A stretch of 64,000 nt of DNA, taken from assembly GCF_009914755.1 (NCBI RefSeq), contig NC_060933.1; one strand, 5' to 3'. Below, piece after piece: positions 44,501 through 58,160 of this stretch; the first letter of the stretch is position 1; each line of letters begins with the position of its first letter. The notes under the pieces are model-generated. The model ran no database searches. It was not told the DNA's origin and saw nothing but the letters and a program-made list of their open reading frames with translations. Made by a program: the position numbers and the translations under genes. This stretch comes from the human T2T-CHM13v2.0 reference genome, Homo sapiens.

Positions 44501-47500
44501 GGAATGGAATGCAATGCAATGGAATCTTCCGGAATGGAATGGAATGGAATGGAATGGAATGCAATGGAATCAACCCGAGTGCAATGGAATGGAGTGGAAT
44601 GGAATGGAATGGAATGGAAAAACCCGAATGGAATCGAATGTAATGGAGAGTAAGGGAGTTGAATAGAATCAATCCGAATGTAATGGAATGGAATGGAACG
44701 GAATGGAATTGAATGGAATGGAATGGAATGCAATGGAATGGAATCAACCCGAGTGCAATGGAATGGAGAGGAATGGAATGGAATGGAATGGAAACTACCC
44801 GAATGGAATGGAATGTAATGGAGTGTAAGGGAATTGAATAGAATCAATCCGAATGTAATGGAATGGAATGGAACGGAATGGAATGGAATGGAATGGAATG
44901 GAATGGAATGCAATGCAATGGAATGGAATCAACCCGAGTGCAATCGAATGGAATCGAATGGAATGGAATGCAATGGAATGGATTCAACTTGAATGGAATG
45001 GAAAGAATGGAATCAACACGACTGGAATGGCATGGATTGGAATGGAATGGAATGGAATCAACCCGAGTACAGGGGAATGGAATGGAATGGAATGCAATGG
45101 AATGGAATCATCCGTAATGGAATGGAAAGAATGGAATGGAATGGAATGGAATGGAATGGAATGGAATCAACTCGATGGCAATCGAATGGAATGGAATGGA
45201 ATTAACCCGAATAGAATGGAATGGAATGGAATGGAACGGAACTGAATGGAATGGAATGGAATGGAATGGAATGGAACGGAACGGAATGGAATGGAATGGA
45301 ATGGAACGGAACGCAACGGAATGGATGGAATGGAATGGAATGGAATGGAATGGAATGGAATGAACGCGAGTGCAGGGGAATGGAATGGAATGGAATGCAA
45401 TGGAATGGAATCTTCCGGAATGGAATGGAATGGAATGGAATGGAATGGAAAGAAATGCAATTGATTCAACTCGATTGCAATGGAATGGAATAGAATGGAA
45501 TGGAATGGAATGGAATGGAATGGAATTAACCCGAATAGAATGGAATGGAATGGAATGGAACGGAATGGAACGGAATGGAATGGAATGGAATGGAATGGAA
45601 TGGAATGGTATGGAATGGAATGGAATGGTAGGGAATAGAATGGAATGGAACGAATTGTAATGGAATGGAATTGAATGGAATGGAATGGAATGGAATGGAA
45701 TCAACGCGAGTGCAGGGGAATGTAATGGAACGGAATGCAATGGAATGGAATCATCCGGAATGGAATGGAATGGAATGGAATCAACCCGAGTGCAATGGAA
45801 TGGAGTGGAATGGAATGGAATGGAATGGAAAAACCCAAATGGAATGGAATGTAATGGAGAGTAAGGGAGTTGAATAGAATCAATCCGAATGTAATGGAAT
45901 GGAATGCAACGGAATGGAATGGAATGGAATGGAATGGAATGGAATGGAATGCAATGGAATGGAATCAACCCGAGTACAATGGAATGGAATGGAATGGAAT
46001 GGAATGGAATGGAATGGAATGCCTTCAAACCGAATGGAATGGAAAGGAATGGAATCAACACGAGTGGAATGGAATGGAATGGAATGGAATGTAATGGAAT
46101 GGAATGATACGGAATAGAATAGAATGGAAGGAAATGGAATGGAATGGAATGGAATGGAATGGAATGGAATGGAATGGAATCGTTCCAAGTGGAATAGGAG
46201 GGAATGTATTCGAGTGGAATGGAAAGGAATGGAATCAACCAGAGTGGAATGGAAGGGAATGGAATGGAATGGAAACTAATAGAATGGAATCAACCCGAGT
46301 GGAATGGAATGGAAAAGACTGGAATGGAAAGGAATGGAATCGAATGGAATGGAATGGAATGGAATGCAATGGAATGGAATGGAATGGAATAAACGCGAGT
46401 GCAGGGGAATGGAATGGAATCGAATGGAATGGAATGGAATGGAATGGAATCAACCCGAGTGCAGGGGAATGTAATGGAACGGAATGCAATGGAATGGAAT
46501 CATCCGGAATGGAATGGAATGGAATGGAATGGAATCAACCCGAATGCAATGGAATGGAGTGGAATGGAATGGAATGGAATGGAACAACCCGAATGGAATG
46601 GAATGTAATGGAGAGTAAGGGAGTTGAAAAGAATCAATCCGAATGTAATGGAATGGAATGGAACGTAATGGAATGGAATGGAATGGAATGGAATGGAATG
46701 CAATGGAATGGAATCAACCCGAGTACAATGGAATGGAATGGAATGGAATGGAATGGAATGGAATCGAATGGAATGCAATGGAATGGAATCTTCCGGAATG
46801 GAATGGAATGGAATGGAATGGAATGAAATGGATTCAACTCGATTGCAATGGAATGGAATAGAATGGAATGGAATGGAATGGAATGGAATGGAATGGAATT
46901 AAACCGAATAGAATGGAATGGAATGGAATGGAACGGAACGGAACGGAACGGAACGGAACGGAGTGGAATGGAATGGAATGGAATTGTATGGAATGGAATG
47001 GAATGGTACGGAATAGAATGGAATGGAAAGAATTGGAATGGAATGGAATCGAATGGAATGGAATGGAAATGAATGGAATCAACCCGAGTGCAGGGGAATG
47101 TAATGGAACGGAATGCAATGGAATGGAATCATCCGGAATGGAATGGAATGGAATGGAATGGAATGGAATCAATCCGAGTGCAATGGAATGGAGTGGAATG
47201 GAATGGAATGGAATGGAACAACCCGAATGGAATGGAATGTAATGGAGAGTAAGGGAGTTGAATAGAATCAATCCGAATGTAATGGAATGGAATGCAACGG
47301 AATGGAATGGAATGGAATGGAATGGAATGGAATGCAATGGAATGGAATCAACCCGAGTACAATGGAATGGAATGGACTGGAATGGAATGGAATGGAATGG
47401 AATGGAATGGAATGCCTTCAAACCGAATGGAATGGAAAGAATGAAATCAACACGAGTGGAATGGAATGGAATGGAATGGAACAGAACGGAATGGAATGGA

Positions 47501-50500
47501 ATGGAATGGAACGGAACGGAATGGAATGGAATGGAATGAAATGGAATCAACGCGAGTGCAGGGGAATGGAATGGAATGGAATGCAATGGAATGGAAACTT
47601 CCGGAATGGAATGGAATGGAATGGAATGGAATGAAATGCAATGGATTCAACTCGATTGCAATGGAATGGAATAGAATGGAATGGAATGGAATGGAATGGA
47701 ATTAATCCGAATAGAATGGAATGGAATGGAGTGGAACGGAATGGAACGGAATGGAACGGAATGGAAAGGAATGGAATGGAATGGCATGGAATGGAATGGA
47801 ATGGTACGGAATAGAATAGAATGGAACGAATTGTAATGCAATGGAATGGAATGGAATGGAATGGAATGGATTGGAATCAACGCGAGTGCAGGGGAATGTA
47901 ATGGAACGGAATGCAATGGAATGTAATCATCCGGAATGGAATGGAATGGAATGGAAAGGAATGGAATCAACCCGAGTGCAATGGAATGGAGTGGAATGGA
48001 ATGGAATGGAATGGAACAACCCGAATGGAATGGAATGTAATGGAGAGTAAGGGAGTTGAATAGAATCAATCCGAATGTAATGGAATGGAATGCAACGGAA
48101 TGGAATGGAATGGAATGGAATGGAATGCAATGGAATGGAATCAACCCGAGTACAATGGAATGGAATGGAATGGAATGGAATGGAATGGAATGGAATGGAA
48201 TGATACGGAATGGAATGTAATGGAACGAAATGGAATGGAATGGAATGGAATGGAATGGAATGGAATCGTTCCGAGTGGAATAGGAGGGAATGTATTCGAG
48301 TGGAATGGAAAGGAATGGAATCAACCAGAGTGGAATGGAAGGGAATGGAATGGAATGGAAACTAATAGAATGGAATCAACCCGAGTGGAATGGAATGGAA
48401 AGGACTGGAATGGAATGGAATGGAATGGAATCAACTCGATTGTAATGGAATGGAATGGAATGGAATGGATTGGAATGGAATTAACCCGAATACAATGGAA
48501 TGGAATGGAATGGAACGGAATGGAGTGGAATGGAATGGAATCAACCCGAGTGCAGGGGTATGGAATGGAATGCAATGCAATGGAATGGAATCATCCGGAA
48601 TGGAATGGAATGGAATGGAATGCAAAGCAATGGAATCAACTCGATTGCAATGGAATGGAATAGAATGGAAAGGAATACATTGGAATCAACCCGAGAGGAA
48701 TGGAATGGAAAGGACTGGAATGGAGTGGAATGGAATGGAATGGAATGGAATGGAATGGAATGGAATCAACCTGATTGGAATGGAATGGAATGGAATGGAA
48801 TGGAATGGACTTAACCCGAATAGAAAGGAATGCAATGGAATGGAACGGCACGGAATGGAATGGAATGGAATGGAATGGAATGGAATCAACCCGACTGCAG
48901 GGGAATGGAATGGAATGGAATGCAATGGAATGGATTCAACTTGAATGGAATGGAAAGAATGGAATCAACACGAGTGGAATGGCATGGATTGGAATGGAAT
49001 GGAATGGAATCAACCCGAGTACAGGGGAATGGAATGGAATGGAATGCAATGGAATGGAATCATCCGTAATGGAATGGAAAGGAATGGAATGGAATGGAAT
49101 GGAATGGAATGGAATCGACTCGATTGCAATCGAATGGAATGGAATGGAATTAACCCGAATAGAATGGAATGGAATGGAATGGAACGGAACGGAACGGAAT
49201 GGAATGGAATGGAATGGAATGGAATGGAACGGAAAGGAATGGAATGGAATGGAATGGAATGGAATGGAATGGAATTAACGCGAGTGCAGGGGAATGGAAT
49301 GGAATGGAATGCAATGGAATGGAATCTTCCGGAATGGAATGGAATTGATTGGAATGGAATGGAATGGAATGGAATCAACCCGAGTGCAATGGAATGGAGT
49401 GGAATGGAATGGAATGGAATGGAACAACCCGAATGGAATGGAATGTAATGGAGACTAAGGGAGTTGAATAGAACCAATCAGAATGTAATGGAATGGAATG
49501 GAACGGAATGGAATTGAATGGAATGGAATGGAATGCAATGGAATGGAATCAACCCGAGTGCAATGGAATGGAGAGGAATGGAACGGAATGGAATGGAAAG
49601 TACCCGAATGGAATGGAATGTAATGGAGTGTAAGGGAAGTGAATAGAATCAATCCGAATGTAATGGAATAGAAAGGAACGGAATGGAATGGAATGGAATG
49701 GAATGGAATGGAATGGAATGCAATGGAATGGAATCAACCCGAGTGCAATCGAATGGAATCCAATGGAATGGAATGCAATGGAATGGATTCAACTTGAATG
49801 GAATGGAAAGAATGGAATCAACACGAGTGGAATGGCATGGATTGGAATGCAATGGAATGGAATCAACCCGAGTACAGGGGAATGGAATGGAATGGAATGC
49901 AATGGAATGGAATCATCCGTAATGGAATGGAAAGGAATGGAATGGAATGGAATGGAATGGAATGGAATGGAATCAACACGATTGCAATCGAATGGAATGG
50001 AATGGAATTAACCCGAATAGAATGGAATGGAATGGAATGGAACGGAACGGAATGGAGTGGAATGGAATGGAATGGAATGGAATGGAACGGAACGGAACGG
50101 AATGGAACGGAACGGAATGGAATGGAATGGAATGGAATGGAATGGAATCAACGCGAGTGCAGGGGCATGGAATGGAATGGAATTCAATGGAATGGAATCT
50201 TCCGGAATGGAATGGAATGGAATGGAATGGAATGGAATGAAATGCAATGGATTCAACTCGATTGCAATGGAATGGAATAGAATGGAACGGAATGGAATGG
50301 AATGGAATTAACTCGAATAGAATGGAATGGAATGGAATGGAATGGAATGGAACGGAGTGGAATGGAATGGAATGGAATGGAATGGAATTGAATGGAATGG
50401 AATGGAATGGAATGGAATGGAATCAACGCGAGTGCAGGGGAATGTAATGGAACGGAATGCAATGCAATGGAATCATGCGGAATGGAATGGAATGGAATGG

Positions 50501-51799
50501 AATGGAATGGAATGGAATGGAATCAACCCGAGTGCAATGGAATGGAGTGGAATGGAATGGAATGGAATGGAACAACCCGAATGGAATGGAATGTAATGGA
50601 GAGTAAGGGAGTTGAATAGAATCAATCCGAATGTAATGGAATGGAATGCAACGAAATGGAATGGAATGGAATGGAATGGAATGGAATGGAATGGAATGGA
50701 ATGCAAAGGAATGGAATTAACCCGAGTGGAATGGCATGGAATGGAATGCAATGGAATGGAATGGAATGGAATCAACTCGAGTGGAAAGGAATGGAATGGA
50801 ATGGAAAGGAATGGAATGAAATCAACTCGAGTGGAATGGAATGGAATGGAATAGATTAGAATGGATTGCAAGGGAATGAAATGGAATGGAATGGAATGGA
50901 ATCAATCATTCCGAGTGGAATGGAAGGGAATGTAATGGAGTGGAAAGAAGGGAATGGAATCAACCCGATTGGAATGCAAGGCAATGGAATGGAATGGAAA
51001 GAAATGGAATGGAATCAACTCGATTGCAATGGAATGGAATGGAATGGAATGGAATGGAGTGGAATTAACCTGAATAGAATGGAATGGAATGGAATGGAAC
51101 GGAACGGAATGGAATGGAATGGAATGGAATGGAATGGAACGGAACGGAACGGAACGGAATGGAATGGAATGGAATGGAATGGAATGGAATGGAATCAACG
51201 CGAGTGCAGGGGAATGGCATGGAATGGAATGCAATGGAATGGAATCTTCCGGAATGGAATGGAATGGAATGGAATGAAATGCAGTGGATTCAACTCGATT
51301 GCAATGGAATGGAATAGAATGGAATGGAATGGAATGGAATGGGATTAACCCGAATAGAATGGAATGGAATGGAATGCAACGGAATGGAACGGAATGGAAT
51401 GGAATGGAATGGAATGGAATGGAATGGAATGGTATGGAATGGAATGGATTGGTACGGAATAGAATGGAATGGAACGAATTGTAATGGAATGGAATTGAAT
51501 GGAAAGGAATGGAATGGAATGGAATCAACGCGAGTGCAGGGGAATGTAATGGAACGGAATGCAATGGAATGGAATCATCCGGAATGGAATGGAATGGAAT
51601 GGAATGGAATGGAATGGAATGGAATCAACCCGAGTGCAGTGGAATGGAGTGGAATGGAATGGAATGGAATGGAACAACCCGAATGGAATGGAATGTAATG
51701 GAGAGTAAGGGAGTTGAATAGAATCAATCCGAATGTAATGGAATGTAATGGAATGGAATGCAACGGAATGGAATGGAATGGAATGGAATGGAATGGAAT

Positions 51800-54700
51800 G
51801 CAAAGGAATGGAATCAACCCGAGTGGAATGGCATGGAATGGAATGCAATGGATTGGAATGGAATGGAATCAACTCGAGTGGAAAGGAATGGAATGGAATG
51901 GAAAGGAATGGAATGAAGTCAACTCAAGTGGAATGGAATGGAATGGAATGGATTGGAATGGATTGCAATGGAATGAAATGGAATGGAATGGAATGGAATC
52001 AATCATGGAAGGGAATGTAATGGAGTGGAAAGAAGGGAATGGAATCAACCCGAGTGGAATGCAAGGCAATGGAATGGAATGGAAAGGAATGGAATGGAAT
52101 CAACTAGATTGCAATGGAATGGAATGGAATGGAATGGAATGGAATGGAATGGAATGGAATTAACCAGAATGGAATGGAATGGAATGGAATGGAACGGAAT
52201 GGAATGGAATGGAAGGGAATGGAATCAACACGAGTGCAGGGGAATGGAATGGAATGGAATGCAATGGAATGGAATCATCCGGAATGGAATGGAAGGGATT
52301 GGAATCAACTCCATTGCAATGGAATGGAATGGAATGGAATGGAATAGAATGGAATGGAATTAACCCGAATAGATGGAATGCAATAGAATGGAATGCAACG
52401 GAACCGAATGGAGTGGAATGGAATGGAATGGAATCAACCCGAGTACAGGGGAATGGAATGGAATGGAATGCAATGGAATGGAGTCATCCGTAATGGAATG
52501 GAAAGGAATGGAATGGAATGGAATGGAATGGAATGGAATCAACTCGATGGCAATTGAATGGAATGGAATGGAATTAACCCGAATAGAATGGAATGGAATG
52601 GAATGGAACGGAACGGAATGGAATGGAATGGAATGGAATGGAATGGAACGGAACGGAATGGAATGGAATGGAATGGAATGGAATCAACGCGAGTGAAGGG
52701 GAATGGAATGGAATGGAATGTAATGGAATGGAATATTCCGGAATGGAATGGAATGGAATGGAATGAAAGGCAATGGATTCAACTCGATTGCAATGGAATG
52801 GAATAGACTGGAATGGAATGGAGAGGAATGGAATGGAATTGAATAGAATGGAATGCCTTCAAACCGAATGGAATGGAAAGGAATGGAATCAACACGAGTG
52901 GAAAGGAATGGAATGGAAAGGAATGGAATGGAATGGAATGGTACGAAATAGAACGGAATGGAACGAACTGGAATGGAATGGAATGGAATGGAATGGAATG
53001 GAATGGAATCGTTCCGAGTGGAATAGGAGGGAATGTATTCGAGTGGAATGGAAAGGAATGGAATCAACAAGAGTGGAATGGAAGGGAATGGAATGGAATG
53101 GAAACTAATAGAATGGAATCAACCCGAGTGGAATGGAATGGAAAGGACTGGAATGGAATGGAATGGAATGGAATGGAATGGAATGGAATCAACTCGATTG
53201 TAATTGAATGGAATGGAATGGAATGGAATGGAATTGAATGGAATGGAATGCAATTAACCCGAATACAATGGAATGGAATGGAATGGAACGGAATGCAGTG
53301 GAATGGAGTGGAATCAACCCGAGGGCAGGGGAATGGAATGGAATGGAATGCAATGGAATGGAATCATCCGGAATGGAATGGAATGGAATGGAATGGAATG
53401 CAAAGCAATGGAATCAACTCGATTGCAATGGAATGGAATGGAATGGAAAGGAATACATTGGAATCAACCCGAGTGGAATGGAATGGAAAGGACTGGAATG
53501 GAGTGGAATGGAATGGAATGGAATGGAATGGAATCAACTCGATTGGAATAGAATGGAATGGAATGGAATTAACCCGAATAGAATGGAATGGAATGGAATG
53601 GAACGGAACGGAACGGAACGGAATGGAATGGAATGGAATGCAATGGAATGGAATGGAATCAACCCGACTGCAGGGGAATGGAATGGAATGGAATGCAATG
53701 GAATGTAATCATCCGTAATGGAATGGAATGGAATGGAACGGAATGGAATGGAATGGAATGGAATGGAATGGAATGGAATGGAACGGAAAGGAATGGAACG
53801 GAATGGAATGGAATGGAATGGAATGGAATGGAATGGAATGGAATCAACGCGAGTGCAGGGGAATGGAATGGAATGGAATGCAATGGAATGGAATCTTCCG
53901 GAATGGAATGGAATGGAATGGAATGGAATGGAATGGAATGGAATAGAATGGAACAAACCCGAGTGCAATGGAATGGAGTGGAATGGAATGGAATGGAATG
54001 GAACAACCCGAACGGAATGGAATGTAATGGAGAGTAAGGGAGTTGAATAGAATCAATCCGAATGTAATGGAATGGAATGGAACGGAATGGAATTGAATGG
54101 AATGGAATGGAATGCAATGGAATGGAATCAACCCGAGTGCAATGGAATGGAGAGGAATGGAATGGAATGGAATGGAAACTACCCGAATGGAATGGAATGT
54201 AATGGAGTGTAAGGGAATTGAATAGAATCAATCCGAATGAAATGGAATGGAATGGAACGGAATGGAATGGAATGGAATGGAATGGAATGGAATGGAATGG
54301 AATCAACCCGAGTGCAATCGAATGGAATCGAATGGAATGGAATGCAATGGAATGGATTCAACTTGAATGGAATGGAAAGAATGGAATCAACACGAGTGGA
54401 AGGGCATGGATTGGAATGCAATGGAATGGAATCAACCCGAGTACAGGGGAATGGAATGGAATGGAATGCAATGGAATGGAATCATCCGTAATGGAATGGA
54501 AAGGAATGGAATGGAATGGAATGGAATGGAATGGAATGGAATGGAATCAACTCGATTGCAATCGAATGGAATGGAATGGAATTAACCCGAATAGAATGGA
54601 ATGGAATGGAATGGAACGGAACGGAATGGAATGGAAAGGAATGGAATGGAATGGAATGGAATGGAATCAACGCGAGTGCAGGGGAATGGAATGGAATGGA

Positions 54701-57700
54701 ATGCAATGGAATGGAATCTTCCGGAATGGAACGGAATGGTATGGAATGGAATGGAATGAAATGCAATGGATTCAACTCGATTGCAATGGAATGTAATAGA
54801 ATGGGATGGAATGGAATGGAATGGAATTAACCCGAATGGAATGGAATGGAATGGAATGGAACGGAATGGAACGGAATGGAATGGAATGGAATGGAATTGA
54901 ATGGAATGGAATGGAATGGTATGGAATGGAATGGAATGGTACGGAATAGAATGGAATGGAACGAATTGTAATGGAATGGAATTGAATGGAATGGAATAGA
55001 ATGGAATGGAATCAACGCGAGTGCAGGGGAATGTAATGGAACGGAATGCAATGGAATGGAATCATCCGGAATGGAATGGAATGGAATGGAATAAACCCGA
55101 GTGCAATGGAATGGAGTGGAATGGAATGGAATGGAATGGAACAACCCGAATGGAATGGAATGGAATGGAGAGAAAGGGAGTTGAATAGAATCAATCCGAA
55201 TGTAATGGAATGGAATGCAACGGAATGGAATTGAATGGAATGCAATGGAATGGAATGGAATGGAATGCAGAGGAATGGAATCAACCCGACTGGAATGGCA
55301 TGGAATGGAATACAATGGATTGGAATGGAATGGAATCAACTCGAGTGGAAAGGAATGGAATGGAATGGAAAGGAATGGAATGAAGTCAACTCGAGTGGAA
55401 TGGAATGGAATGGAATGGATTGGAATGGATTGAAATGGAATGAAATGGAATGGAATGGAATGGAATCAATCATTCCGAGTGGAATGGAAGGGAATGTAAT
55501 GGAGTGGAAAGAAGGGAATGGAATCAACCCGAGTGGAATGCAAGGCAATGGAATGGAATGGAAAGGAATGGAATGGAAACAACTCGATTGCAATGGAATG
55601 GAATGGAATGGAATGGAATTAACCGGAATAGAATGGAATGGAATGGAAAGGAACGGAATGGAATGGAATGGAATGGAATGGAATCAACACGAGTGCAGGG
55701 GAATGGAATGGAATGGAATGTAATGGAATGGAATCATCCGGAATGGAATGGAATGGAATGGAATCAACTCCATTGCAATGGAACGGAATGGAATGGAATG
55801 GAATGGAATGGAATGGAACGGAACGGAATGGAATGGAATGGAATGGAATGGAATCAACGCGAGTGAAGGGGAATGGAATGGAATGGAATGCAATGGAATG
55901 GAATATTCCGGAATGGAATGGAATGGAATGGAATGAAAGGCAATGGATTCAACTCGATTGCAATGGAATGGAATAGACTGGAATGGAATGGAGAGGAATG
56001 GAATGGAATTGAATAGAATGGAATGCCTTCAAACCCAATGGAATGGAAAGGAATGGAATCAACAGGAGTGGAAAGGAATGGAATGGAAAGGAATGGAATG
56101 GAATGGAATGGTACGAAATAGAACGGAATGGAACGAACTGGAATGGAATGGAATGGAATGGAATGGAATGGAATGGAATCGTTCCGAGTGGAATAGGAGG
56201 GAATGTATTCGAGTGGAATGGAAAGGAATGGAATCAACAAGAGTGGAATGGAAGGGAATGGAATGGAATGGAAACTAATAGAATGGAATCAACCCGAGTG
56301 GAATGGAATGGAAAGGACTGGAATGGAATGGAATGGAATGGAATGGAATGGAATGGAATCAACTCGATTGTAATTGAATGGAATGGAATGGAATGGAATG
56401 GAATTGAATGGAATGGAATGCAATTAACCCGAATACAATGGAATGGAATGGAATGGAACGGAATGCAGTGGAATGGAGTGGAATCAACCCGAGGGCAGGG
56501 GAATGGAATGGAATGGAATGCAATGGAATGGAATCATCCGGAATGGAATGGAATGGAATGGAATGCAAAGCAATGGAATCAACTCGATTGCAATGGAATG
56601 GAATGGAATGGAAAGGAATACATTGGAATCAACCCGAGTGGAATGGAATGGAAAGGACTGGAATGGAGTGGAATGGAATGGAATGGAATGGAATGGAATG
56701 AACTCGATTGGAATGGAATGGAATGGAATGGAATTAACCCGAATAGAATGGAATGGAATGGAATGGAACGGAACGGAACGGAACGGAATGGAATGGAATG
56801 GAATGCAATGGAATGGAATGGAATCAACCCGACTGCAGGGGAATGGAATGGAATGGAATGCAATGGAATGTAATCATCCGTAATGGAATGGAATGGAATG
56901 GAACGGAATGGAATGGAATGGAATGGAATGGAATGGAACGGAAAGGAATGGAACGGAATGGAATGGAATGGAATGGAATGGAATGGAATGGAATGGAATG
57001 GAATCAACGCGAGTGCAGGGGAATGGAATGGAATGGAATGCAATGGAATGGAATCTTCCGGAATGGAATGGAATGGAATGGAGTGGAATGGAATGGAATG
57101 GAATGGAACAACCCGAACGGAATGGAATGTAATGGAGAGTAAGGGAGTTGAATAGAATCAATCCGAATGTAATGGAATGGAATGGAACGGAATGGAATTG
57201 AATGGAATGGAATGGAATGCAATGGAATGGAATCAACCCGAGTGCAATGGAATGGAGAGGAATGGAATGGAATGGAATGGAAACTACCCGAATGGAATGG
57301 AATGTAATGGAGTGTAAGGGAATTGAATAGAATCAATCCGAATGAAATGGAATGGAATGGAACGGAATGGAATGGAATGGAATGGAATGGAATGCAATGG
57401 AATGGAATCAACCCGAGTGCAATCGAATGGAATCGAATGGAATGGAATGCAATGGAATGGATTCAACTTGAATGGAATGGAAAGAATGGAATCAACACGA
57501 GTGGAAGGGCATGGATTGGAATGCAATGGAATGGAATCAACCCGAGTACAGGGGAAAGGAATGGAATGGAATGCAATGGAATGGAATCATCCGTAATGGA
57601 ATGGAAAGGAATGGAATGGAATGGAATGGAATGGAATGGAATGGAATGGAATCAACTCGATTGCAATCGAATGGAATGGAATGGAATTAACCTGAATAGA

Positions 57701-58160
57701 ATGGAATGGAATGGAATGGAACGGAACGGAATGGAATGGAAAGGAATGGAATGGAATGGAATGGAATGGAATCAACGCGAGTGCAGGGGAATGGAATGGA
57801 ATGGAATGCAATGGAATGGAATCTTCCGGAATGGAACGGAATGGTATGGAATGGAATGGAATGAAATGCAATGGATTCAACTCGATTGCAATGGAATGTA
57901 ATAGAATGGGATGGAATGGAATGGAATGGAATTAACCCGAATGGAATGGAATGGAATGGAATGGAACGGAATGGAACGGAATGGAATGGAATGGAATGGA
58001 ATTGAATGGAATGGAATGGAATGGAATGGAATGGTATGGAATGGAATGGAATGGTACGGAATAGAATGGAATGGAACGAATTGTAATGGAATGGAATTGA
58101 ATGGAATGGAATAGAATGGAATGGAATCAACACGGGTGCAGGGGAATGTAATGGAACGGA
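51800..58160 (+). repeat. Recent tandem duplication of a ~3.1-3.5 kb unit (F-G-D-E-B-C-A)
   Basis: Shared rare variants: GAGTGAAGGGG 52691/55861, GAATAGACTG 52801/55971, GTACGAAATA 52941/56111 and GAGGGCAGG 53321/56491 (offset 3170). The offset is 3467 upstream (GAAGTC 51915/55382) and 3105 downstream. Confidence 0.9.
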
